64,000 bases of DNA. It comes from Peribolospora baueri (lineage: Eukaryota). Every line of letters starts with the position of its first letter. Within the stretch, counting starts at the first letter, position 1. Below the pieces are notes generated by a model that worked only from the letters and a program-made list of their open reading frames with translations, made no database searches and was not told the DNA's origin. The stretch lies in the NCBI GenBank assembly GCA_029717555.1, contig JAMDHS010000014.1, positions 1 through 64,000 of the forward strand, read 5' to 3'. Positions 24,096 to 35,000 of the stretch are shown piece after piece. The position numbers and the translations under genes were made by a program.

Positions 24096-25453
24096 GACGG
24101 GGAAGAGGAGAGAAACAGGGAGCGGCGGCAGGGAGGGTGTCGCAAAAGGGCGTGGGCGAGGGGAGAAAAAAAAAAAGAAAAAGGAAAAAAAAAAAAAGAA
24201 AGGCGACGAGGAAGGGGGTTATCGAAGGGTCAGATCCATCCTACCGACGGCCTTCTAACGGACGTCGAGAGAGGGGGAGAGAATGGTAGGCAGTCGGGGT
24301 AGAGGGAGGGGTAGGGAGAGGGGGCCACAGTCAATGAATTGAATGCAATGTCAATGTCAATGGTCTGGGCGAGGGAGGCGGGGAGCGAGGGATAAAGAAA
24401 AGAAAACTGAGGGCGTGGAGAGGCTCGGCGCCATCGAAGGGTGCGAGGGGCGAGGAGTGTTGGTGGGAGGAGGGTAAAGGAGAGATTGAGATGGGTGGGA
24501 GGTCGAGGTGATGGTGAGGGTGCGGTGAATGCGGCGACGGTGACGGTGCAGGCGACCGGCAGGGACGGGACGGCGGCAAGCAGCGCAGGCCGCGAGCGAC
24601 GGAGGGAGGCGGTGGAGGCGGTCGTCGGCAGTGGGGCCGTCGAATGGTCATCGCCGTCGGGGCCCTCATCCCCGCCTTTGTTCGCTTTACTCCGCCACCC
24701 CAGTTTCCTCACCGCGTGAGCCGCCACGCGAGCGTACAACAGCCGCTCACCGCCGAGCACAAAGGGATGACAGGATAGGATAGGATAAGATAGGTTAGAC
24801 GGAACGCTGAAAAGGGAAAGAAAAGAGAGCGGCCGGCGGGGAAAGAGAACGAAACGGACTGGCTGGCGCAACTGCCCACTGCCTGGTTTGGGCATATCCA
24901 CGCCACCACGTCCCGCACCTCCTCCGATCCATGACGCCATGCAGCCCCGTCCAAGCGATTCCGAGCGACAACCGGCGTCCCCACGACCTGCCAGACGGTC
25001 GATCGACACGGCTGCGCCCGCCACGCTAGCTCTTCCGTTCCGGACGTCTAAACTCATCCATCCGTGCGAGGCCTTCTGTGCGATGCGAGGTAGCTACGTA
25101 ATAGACATGCGCAATGACGCCCGACGGAGAAAGAAAGAGAAAAAGGAGGAAAGAAAGGAGGAAAGAACAAAAAGACGACGCTGCAGTCGTCACTGCCAGC
25201 TTGGCCCGCCAACGTACGCAACATGCGTAGCTCGATTCTAAGGCCTCCTGCGTCCGTTACTGACGTAACTTTGGCGTCTAAAGGTCGTCGTCTCCTTTCC
25301 CCCCCTCAAATCGCCTTTCCTCCATCTCAAACCGACGCCGACGGCAGTCCGTTCCGACACATGCCTACGTGCTACCTCCGGCATAGGCCCAGGCCCATCT
25401 CTCTCCCCAGCCCCTTATGCTCCGCGCCCTCCTTCCTCTCCTTTGTCTCCCGC

Positions 25454-27154
25454 CTACTTGTCCTCCTCCTCCTTCGCCTTGGCCTCTGCCGCCTCCTCCC
25501 TCTCCTTGGCCTCCTGCTCGGTCTTGGGCTGCGTGCAGACAGAGGATGAAGTCAAGAGAAAAGCAGAGCCAAAAAAGCGAATAGCGAGTTCAGATGGTCG
25601 GTCTCCGTCGGTGAAGAACAGCGCTCGTACGCGACAAGTACACCCCCTCGAAAACACCCCGGGTCAAGGGGCGAGACGACGGCATCCGTGGAGGCACGTC
25701 ATTTCGCTCGTTTCCCAAAGAGGAATTGCACGCCGGAACGAGTGGCCTGATAGGCGGAGCATCAGCTCACTCACCTTAATCCAATCGTTCAGGCCGCGAC
25801 GGAGACGGGCGATCTCGAAGACGTAAAACTGCCCGCAGCGGAAGGACAGACCATCAGTTCAAATTCGAAAAACTCGGCGAAACGACAGTGTCCGTCTCGA
25901 ACGACAACAACCAGCGAGACTCACTTGCATACGGGTGACTGGAGGTTATAAAAAAGAAGCGGGGGCGAGAAGAATGATCAAGCCATGTCTGGCCTCTTAG
26001 TTTTCCCCGAACTGGCGGCCAGCGATGGCTTTCCCTCTCAACTCGTCCATCAAGCTTTGGCTCTCCTTGTCCAAGACTTGACCTTCAACCCACTCCTATC
26101 CATCACGAACGCGACCTCGGCGAGAGCTACTCACCGAACATGGTGTTGAACTGCGTGTACTCGTCCGAGGCATCCGTTCTTATGAGCGTGCCAAAATTGA
26201 AGTCTTGGACTATATGCGTCCGGAAAATACAGGCGAGCGGAAGTGAAAGCAGAAAAAAAACGAGATAAAGCGCGGCAAATGGGTTCGCGTTAGCAGTCTC
26301 CTTCTGTCGTTTAAGAAGCTCAGCCTCGATGAGTGCGTGCCAGCGTCCATACATCCTCGAACAACGAACACCCACCCTTCCCCTCATACCGATTAATGAA
26401 ATCTCTCCACCTCTCCTTGCCCTCCTTGGACTTCATCGCCTCCTCATTGACCTTTTGGATGCCTTCGTTGTTGTCCTTAAACTCGGGGAAGGTGTTGAGG
26501 AAATCTTCATAGATCTCGTCGTCGATCCTGAGCCGAAGGAGGTCGAGAAGAAACACGGCAAAGGAAGAAGGGACGGGGTGAGGGGGGACAGCGGAACAGA
26601 TGGGTCTCCCTGGCCTTTCTCGTCCCACAGAGATCGCTCACAACTCACTTGGTCAACCGAAGCCTGGACGGCTCGACCTTTTCGAGGAGGTTCCAGTACG
26701 TCTGCGCATGCTCGACGCACTTGACCGCCATCTGCTTCTCAATCTGGCCGTGTCCGGAAGGGAAACGAGAGTGCGACGGGAAGAAAAAGTGGGAATGATG
26801 TAGGCGATTCGACTTGGCAGTCCGGTTTGGCTAGCTGGAGCGGACCAGAACCTGTTCAAAGCGTGAATGTAGACACTCACGTCGGGCTGGCCAAGAGCAC
26901 GTAGTCGTCCAGAGTAGAAAGGGTAACAAAACAAAGACAAGAGTCAGCGAGCCTGAAACTCCAAATACCGCAGCAAACATCTGTCATTCGAGTGTCCTTC
27001 CCCCGCGCCCCTTTACTGCTGACCGCCAACTTCACCTCTTCCAGTGGCTCGACTCGGTACGGAAGGAGTTGCCCCCAGAAGCCAAGCAGAGCGGGAGAAG
27101 ACAAGTTCTTACCAAGTTCTGCGCCTTGTTAGGATCAAAGGTTCCCATCGACAT
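25454..27154 (-). CDS. PBDC1: PBDC1/YPL225W-family protein (polysaccharide biosynthesis domain), with micro-exons
   Basis: Spliced: MSMGTFDPNKAQNL|PD|IEKQMAVKCVEHAQTYWNLLEKVEPSRLRLTK|IDDEIYEDF...MKSKEGKERWRDFINRYEGK|VQDFNFGTLIRTDA..YTQFNTMF|VTRMQ|FYVFEIARLRRGLNDWIK|PKTEQ...EEEDK*. Confidence 0.92.
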
Positions 27155-28723
27155 CTTGTTGGTCAGTGGGGAGTCAAAACTGTGGGAAGGGCCTGTTTGA
27201 GAGGGACGGGGGTTTCGCTGCTGGGGTAGGAGAAGTTGATTGGGCGGATGGTCCCGCGGCCGTTAAAAACAGATCGGCGGGGTTGAGGCCAAAGGAGCGC
27301 CTGACGAGGCGGTGGAGGACCTGTGGGCGGAACAGTGGTAGAAGATAGTGAGAGTGGTATGGTCTTGGTGGGACGAGAGAGAGCAGAGCGGTGGATGACG
27401 GCTCCCCAGGGCCCCATTCTTCGGGCGGTGACGACCTCCGCAAGCACGCGCAGGCGAATCACGTGGGATTCACGTGCTCTTTGCGAAGCTTCATTGGCTG
27501 ACAGCGATATGCGTTCGTCTTCGTCGGCTTGCGGCGCTCCTTTGCACAGATACAGGAGACCACTTCGAGAACACCTCCCAAACGGATGTGCTCGCCGCCA
27601 ACGAGCGGCTGTTATTGTTCTGGGGTGACTCTGCGTGGCAGAGAGGAGATGTACACGCCATTCTAGTCCATCGATCGCACCAGCCAAATGCAGCACAGTA
27701 AAAGGTGTAGTAGCATGTCGGTCGTCCGCCTTTTCTGATTACAGACTTGTTTCAGCGCAAGCCTCTGTGCTCGACATCTTTCGACTACGGTAAATCCCGC
27801 GATCTGCTCGTCCCCTCGACCTGGTTCTCCGCCCCAAGGCCCTCGCGAGGCCCTCGAGGACTGAACAGGCACGCCGTCCGCCCGACGATCCATTTGTGCT
27901 CCTTGTTTGCGAGTTCGCCGGTGCGTCCGCGGGTGCGGGTGCGGGTGAAGGCAAGGTGGTGTATTCCGGCAGCTGGTGCGTAACGATAGCCGAGACGAGG
28001 GGCCGCGAAGAGAGGATGGAGAGACACAGGAGGCGAGGTTCGTGAGCCAGGTATTGCCTAGTCGACCGCCTCGCGCGGCAGACCTGGCTCGACCAATCTT
28101 GGGCTTCCGGCTGGAGTGGAAATAAACCCACCTAGGGATCTCTCTCCCGCTCCCGTGTCATGCTTTTCGTCTCCTTCGTCTCCTCGCGAAGAGAGTTGCG
28201 GTATGCCGCCACTTCTGTGATGCTGCCCATGTCGGACTCTGTTATGTCGGTGGGGGGTCCCTGCTGGGGGGGTTTGTGTCTGTAGACGCCGACCGCCTTC
28301 ATCCGGTCTCGGTGCGAGGCCTTATAAAGTCGAAGCATGGGCGCTGAGCGACCGACGCCAGGTGTGAAGACGACTGTCGCAGCGGTGTGACTCAAACGAC
28401 GGTGCCATGAACAGATCGAGTCACGCCGCGTCGTGGCCTGGCGTTGCAGGGCTCGCGATCCGTTGGCGCTTGCTCACTCGGCACGGGTGACCAGAGGGTG
28501 CACCACCTTTGCGCTAGAAGTGCGGATTGGGACAAGGAGATAAATGATGCCAGTATCCATCGAGACCACCGGAAACACGAAGACATGGGTCTACAGACGA
28601 GCGGAGTGCGCCGCTCTACGCCCGCCCGTGCCCGACAGAAAAGAAAAAAGCCTATAACGAAGGTGGACAAGCAACGGACGGCAAGACGCCCCACTCGCCG
28701 TCAGAGTGACAGCTCCGCCGAGC

Positions 28724-31700
28724 TCAGACCACCTTCATGGGCTTAAGCCACTCGTTCGCCGTCTCGAATCGCCGCGCCACGTCCGGACTGAGCGCATTCT
28801 CGTCTTTCAGCGTCCGGACCACGATGAGCATCTGAGGGAAGGATTGCACGCGTGGGAGATGGCAGAGGGATCGATTAGCGAACGAGTCAAGTGCCTTGAA
28901 AGCAGGTCGGAGGCCGGCGGCCGCCTTCGCACTCCCACAACCAACGACGAAGACGATAGTGACACGCACCGAATCCCAGAACCGGAAGCCGCGCTTCACC
29001 TCCGCCCTCACGTCCTTGACATTGGTGAAAGTGCTGTTGCCAAGCAAATCCAGGACGGTGTCCTTGGCGACCTTCACCTCCTGCCCATCCGCATCCTCCG
29101 GCTTGACCCAGTCTCCGACGAACGTGCGCAGTCCCTCGAAGTAGCACTTGATCACGACACCCAGTCCCGTGTTGGTATCCGCGGTGAACGGCAAAGAGAG
29201 CGCAATGTCCAAGTAGTCATCCCGGTTTCGTCGAGCGTCGCCGCGGAGAAGCATCGACATCGCTGTCATCTCGACGAGAGAGCGGAGGGAGCGGTTAAGC
29301 GACTTGACGAACGAGTTGAAGATCAGCAGTTCTCGCGACAGAGGGCCGTTCCATGGTTGGGGCTGTTCGACGGATGGGAAGAGAAACAGAGAGGCTTGTA
29401 AGCGCAGTGAATACGAGGTAAATACGAGCACCGTCATTGCTGGCCATGCTCACCTTGAACGACATGGGCAGCAGGCTCATGGTCCTCATAACCAACACCA
29501 TACTGCTCTTTTCGTCATCTTAAACGAGGACAACGACGCCGTCAGCAATGTGCTGTTAACCGACATGGTCGCCGAGGGAGAAGAAAGGGGAGAAAACGAT
29601 AGCCCACACAAAACTTACCAGTACCCATATACGGTCCACCGCTCCACATCGTGTTCCCATACCAGTTCGCATGCAGCACGCCAGCGCGCAATAACTCAAT
29701 GGCCGTGAACAGAGGCTCCTGAAGCTTGTCGTTAAGTCGAGAGGCTTTGAGGCCGAGATGCAGGGCGCGGGCGTATGGTGTGTGCAGGTGAGAGTGGCTC
29801 AAAAACCTGAAACGGAGAGGGGTTTCAACGTTAGCGGGTTCTTCAAACCGACGGCGTATAAGCTAAAACCCTATCAAAAATAACGACTCACCCTCGCAGT
29901 TCGAGCATCCTCCAGATCACGTTCGCCACGACCTCGTCTTTCTTCTCCAGTTGCTGAACGAATTAAAGGTTCATGTCCGATCAGTCTCCCAGCGCATGGT
30001 ATTTCACTACTTGTACGCGCGTAGCCCCAGACGTTTGATGGGCTCACTCTGTCAGCCCGTTTCGGCGTCTTTGTTCGTGCTGCCAGTTGCTCCGTCTTCG
30101 TCGCGCCCAAACACAAAGCAATATCTATCGTCGATGACTATCTCCAACCGGAAGAGAAAAAATTGTCAGCGCTCAACACCTCTGAGACTTTGCGCCGGTT
30201 ATTTTAAGCTCACTCACGTTCTGTGTCCTCAACTCGTCCTCCACGACCGGAACGGGTACGTTCCACTTGTTGATGCTGTCAACAAGTTGGAGCGTCGCCT
30301 GGGACGCGTAAGGAATCGTGCGCTCGGCGTTGGGCTCGAAGTAATACACCGCCGCCTGACGAAGCACACCGCGGGATAGGCGAAGCGGAGTCAGTACCTA
30401 CTTACCGGTCCTCTAGGCACGCTTACAAGTTGGAAACGCGTGCCGCGACTCACCACTCTCTTTTGCGTCCAGAACCCGTTCAGCGCGCTACTCGCGAGCG
30501 CCAAAGCGAGGCACCGCGGGCTGCTGGGCGACTCGGTCAAGTACTCCTTGACGAACCTGCGATAGTCTTCAGTCTCCCCATTGCACAACGGCGCGTTCTC
30601 GATCACATAGCCTGTGGCGAGCGTGTTCAGCACCTGATACCCCACAAGACCACGGCAGAGGTGCAGGAAGACTTCATCGGGGAAGCGGTGCGAGAAAATT
30701 TCGTGCAGGTCGCTCGGTACGTCGGCAGCCGTGAGCGCTGGTGCCGGCCGACCTGGTTGACTGAAGGAAGCGGCACCGGCGCCTCCGGCAGGAGTGGACG
30801 TCGCTGAAGAAGGAGTGGAATGGGGAAGGGGCGTGGCGAGCGGCAAAGGAAGAACGCGACCTTCCTCGGCTGGCAAAACGAGGTTGAACTTGATCATGCA
30901 CCGGTTACGACAGAACTGGTCAACATATCCGCTCGCCTTGACACCGGGGTGTTCGGAATGGGCCATGACAACCGCGAAACCGTTCTTGTATTGTCGGACG
31001 AGGTCGACGCAAGCCTTGAAGGCGAAGTTGTCGGAGATGGGGGGGAAGGTCTGGCAGAACTCGAATCCGGCGAGGAGGGAGAGGTCGAGGAACTGGTCGT
31101 CGGAAACGTGCAGGTCGGCGAGGATCTCGCGCTTGGAGGCGAAGAAGATGGTTGGCTTGGCAGTGTTGAAGTTAATGTCGAGGATGACCCTATCCATGCC
31201 TTCGAAGAGGAAAAGTTCGTTCGCTGCATACATCGAGTGGACATACGACTTGGAGTGTCGCTCCAGTGAAACGAGCTGTGACCGCGGGAACAGCACAGTC
31301 AGGGATGAGAGAAAGGCCCGTTTCCTCGCTGGAACTCTCAAAGGAAATATGGCTCAGCTCACCTGACCCCATGAAACATAAGGTGCGACGATGAACTCGA
31401 CGGTCCGATGCCTGAAGCACCGCAAGATAGCCCGAAACAGATCCGGCTGGAAGACATTGCTGATAGAGCTCAAAAGCTGCGTGGCCTGCTCGTTCTGCCC
31501 GGCCTCGTACGCCTTCCACGCGCGCTCACGGAGCGAGATCCTCCCATCGTCGTACGTGAACGGTCGCTGTTTCTTCGCCGGAGGGATGCCCATGAACACA
31601 AACACAGGCTTGATACGGGCCTTGTCCAGAACTCGTAGATCCTCCTCAATGTGGTGGATCAGCGCGAGCGGCTGGCCGCCGAGCGCTGCGACGAGGGGTT

Positions 31701-31957
31701 CGCGGGTGGATGGGGAGGTGAGGAGCTTCTTAAGATATGTCTGCATGTCGATGCCCAGTCGGGTGTCCTTGAGGGCGGAGAGAGGCGCCTCCCGCACGAG
31801 CTTGCGCTCCGAGATAAACTCTGAGTGCGACCAGCGTATCCATTCAGCAGAACCAAGAGGACAAGTGAGTACGAAGATGGGGCACGCGATTACCTAGATG
31901 CGCGCCTGGCAGGCTCGCGTGTACACCACACTCACTGTCCAAGTGACGGATGCCCAT
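28724..31957 (-). CDS. MKT1: Mkt1 (XPG/PIN-like fold, post-transcriptional regulator)
   Basis: MGIRHLD|KFISERKLVREAPLSALKDTRLGIDMQTYL..REPLVAALGGQPLAL..IKPVFVF, VEFIVAPYVSWGQL, VPSDLHEIFSHRFPDEVFLHLCRGL, WNGPLSRELLIFNSFV..LSLPF, EVKRGFRFWD; stop 28724-28726. Confidence 0.92.
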
Positions 31958-32350
31958 CTTGCCTCGGCCTTCGCCTCACGTTGAATGTCCTGGAGAGCTT
32001 GTTTCGAGTGCTGATCGAGCGATGTACAAAGAAGCAGGAAGGAATGTTCAAGCTGGTTGCGTTGAATGCTTGCTGTTGTCCACGCCGGAAGAAGCCGTCG
32101 GAGCGTTGGAGGCCCGTGAACATCGACTCCCACCAAAGCTAGGGTTATCAGCCCCCGCGCAACACGCGCTCGACTCGCGACCTCGGAAGGGCACTTCGAT
32201 AGGCTATGGCAATGTGGGTACAGCAGACGCGTAAGCTGTGTATCTTGTCCGTGGCACACGGCGAAAGTATTTTACAAGTCTGAGTATCGTCTTCCCATTT
32301 CCCGAGTCATAACACTGTGCTGACTAGACGACAACCCACTCCACAACCGC

Positions 32351-33552
32351 TTATTGCGCACCAGGGGGACGCATGGGGAACCTGTGATGAACAAAAACCG
32401 GCAAGGTGAGCCAAGACTGCATTATGAAAAAAATCAGCTAGGATACTTACCCTGGAGGCGGCCTGAACTGTTGGCCAGGAGGGCCCGGGGGGAACACGCC
32501 CGGAGGTCCGCCAGCAGGGAACCCGGCTGTGATCAAGTCAGAGACATGAACAAACAAGATTATGATGAGTGAAACTGATCGACCTCCAAAATAATTATAC
32601 CAGTCTACTCACGAGGTGGCCTGCCGTACATGCCCGGCGGCGGACCGGGCATACCGGGCGGGAACTGACCAGGCATACCGGGCATACCTGGAGGCATAGG
32701 CGGACGACCGTACGCCATGGGCCGCGCTTGCATCATCGGAGGAGGCACGCCAGCTTATTAAAAACAGGAAATGGATATCGCGGTGAGCAAATGTCGTCCG
32801 AATATGGAGAGCCACGAGACTGACATAAGAAAGAAAAAGAACTCACCAGGAGGCACCATACCGATTCCACGACCAGCCGGCATGCCTTTACCCGGGCCAG
32901 GGGCGAGCTGGTTGAAAGGAAGGATAAAAGTAAGTAAAGTAAGATATAGCTAACGTCGGGTTCAGTGCAGAAATTAGAAGAGGCGGCTCGAGGAGCTTGC
33001 TCACGTTCATCTTCCTGTCGGCATCAGTAGACGGCGGCGGCCCCTCCACTGTCAAGCTAACGATGGTCTCTCCTCGCAAAATGATGAGACCCAACGTGCG
33101 CTTCATCTCCGGCTCCGGAGCCTTGACCTCGTCCTCGTCATCCTCGTCCTTCGCATCCGCATCGCCCCCCTCCGCCTTGGCCTTTTTTCCCTTGCGCTTG
33201 ATCTTCCGGAACTCCTCCGTGTCAGCAAGCACCAGGTTCATGTGCTTGTCAAAAGCCAGCATTTGGCCTGTGAGCTGACGCGAATCGGAGCTGCAAGAGG
33301 ACGGTAACAACAAGGGTTAGACCAAATGAGGTATCTCGTCAAGGAGCATTAAAGTCGCGCAAGCGAGTGACTTACAGGGTAACCCGCAGGCGATAGTTAA
33401 TGAGCGACATCATCTTGCCGCCTTTTGTCTTTGAGGGTGCCTGTCAAACGACAGCGACGAACCATGGAGCCAAGTCGTTAGCCCAAACATCCATCCACCC
33501 GCCCTCCGCAAGGCCCAACTGCGAGCGAGAACATCGTGCGGCCTCTCACCAT
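32351..33552 (-). CDS. SMB1: Small nuclear ribonucleoprotein SmB/B'
   Basis: ATG-only first exon (33552-33550), then [50 protein letters not shown]...[27 protein letters not shown] and Pro/Gly/Met-rich tail ending FPMRPPGAQ*. Confidence 0.96.
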
Positions 33553-33658
33553 CTTGACTGGATTGGACTGTCCGTGATCGAGGACGCCGTGACGGAGATC
33601 GTGACCGACTGGCGACGAGAACCTCGCGGGGATGGCATGCAGTCGCGCCGCAGCCTGA

Positions 33659-33753
33659 TCACGTGCAAACGTGAGAATATATTTACATCACATGATCATA
33701 TAACCCTATCCTTTTGCACTCGCTTTCTAGGGTTACAAAACTGTGTAGCCCTG
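33659..33753. promoter_or_regulatory. Bidirectional SmB/RPL11 promoter with TCACGTG and inverted TAACCCTA/TAGGGTTA telo-box pair
   Basis: TCACGTG 33659-33665; TAACCCTA 33701-33708; TAGGGTTA 33728-33735; TAGCCCTG 33746-33753. The two ATGs are about 300 bp apart, head to head. Confidence 0.55.
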
Positions 33754-33859
33754 CGGCGATCGCGTCGGGACAGCGGTGAGCATCGTAGAAGTCACTCTCG
33801 TCCACCTTCTGCAACATATCCGGCGGTGTCATTATATACGTTCCCGCGGCAACTTCAAG

Positions 33860-34796
33860 ATGGCCGACACCAGCAAGCAGGCTAAGAGGGCTCAGAACCC
33901 TATGAGGGAGTTGAAGGTCGACAAGCTCGTCATCAGTGAGTAAAGGCGGCGCCGTTTTTGCCCTTTGACTATTCACTAGGTTCGATGGGTGGTAGCTGAG
34001 GTGTCGCTGTCCCCGTATTGGTCGCTGTCGGCCCACCGCGCAGACATCTCCGTGGGCGAGTCTGGTGACCGTCTCACCCGTGCCTCCAAGGTGCTGGAGC
34101 AGCTCACCGGTCAAAGCCCCGTCACCTCCAAGGCCCGCTACACCGTGCGTACGTTCGGCATCAGACGTAACGAGAAGATTGCTGTGCACGTCACCGTTCG
34201 CGGCCCGAAGGCGGAGGAAATCCTTGAGCGCGGTCTCAAGGTCAAGGAGTACGAGCTCCGGAGGAAGAACTTCAGCGACACCGGTAACTTCGGTTTCGGT
34301 ATCCAGGAGCACATTGACTTGGGCATCAAGTACGACCCTGGCATCGGTATTTTCGGCATGGACTTCTACGTTGTCGTGAGTATTGAGAGGCAGCTGGTCC
34401 AGTTCAGCCTGTCTGAGATTTCGTCGCTTGACGCTCATCTTCTTCTCTGCGACAGATGGGCCGTCCTGGTAACCGTGTGGCTCGGCGCAAGGTGAAGAAG
34501 GCTCGGGTCGGCTTCCCCCACCGCATTAAGGTCAGTCGCTGGTCCTTTGGCTTGTCATGTCCCTTCAGCAGTCTGAGACTGCTTCCTTTTTTACCACCGG
34601 AAACACGTTGGCGATTAATAGAAGGAGGAAACTGCCCAATGGTTCAAGCAGAGGGTGAGTTACGAACGCCATCTTCGAGGCACGCCATCGGGCAGGTGCC
34701 GACCATGGAGTCCAATGTGTGAATAGAAAGAGAGTGTGCTGACCGATTTGGGTCTCCATCTGATCCGCATAGTTCGATGGCATCATCATGCGCTAG
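33860..34796 (+). CDS. RPL11: 60S ribosomal protein L11 (uL5), 5 exons
   Basis: [90 protein letters not shown]..|[18 protein letters not shown]. Confidence 0.98.
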
Positions 34797-35000
34797 ACAG
34801 TGGCCGCCCAGGCCCGATCGTCTATTCCTGGCCTTGCGCGCACACATGTAAAGTACAGTACATCATGACGATGGCCCTTTTCGTTACAACGCAATGGGCG
34901 AAAGGCGTCATTGGTCGTCGGTGCGCTTGGTTGTCCTCACCTTCCTCTCTCGCCCTCTTCCGCATGTCTCCTATGGCTCCTCCCTTCATGCCCATCCACC

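Noticed and set aside
25255..25269. TGACGTAA here, TTACGTAA at ~60196, and CACGTG pair at ~45428-45449
   Set aside because: Isolated bZIP/bHLH-like words; too short to support without enrichment data.
32560..32580. ATGATGA...CTGA resembling snoRNA C/D boxes
   Set aside because: Antisense to the SmB intron and the boxes are only a few nt apart.
33683..34438. Long antisense ORFs over RPL11, PTR2, the kinase, NDE1, RXT3 and the forkhead gene
   Set aside because: Expected shadows of GC-rich codon bias opposite real genes.
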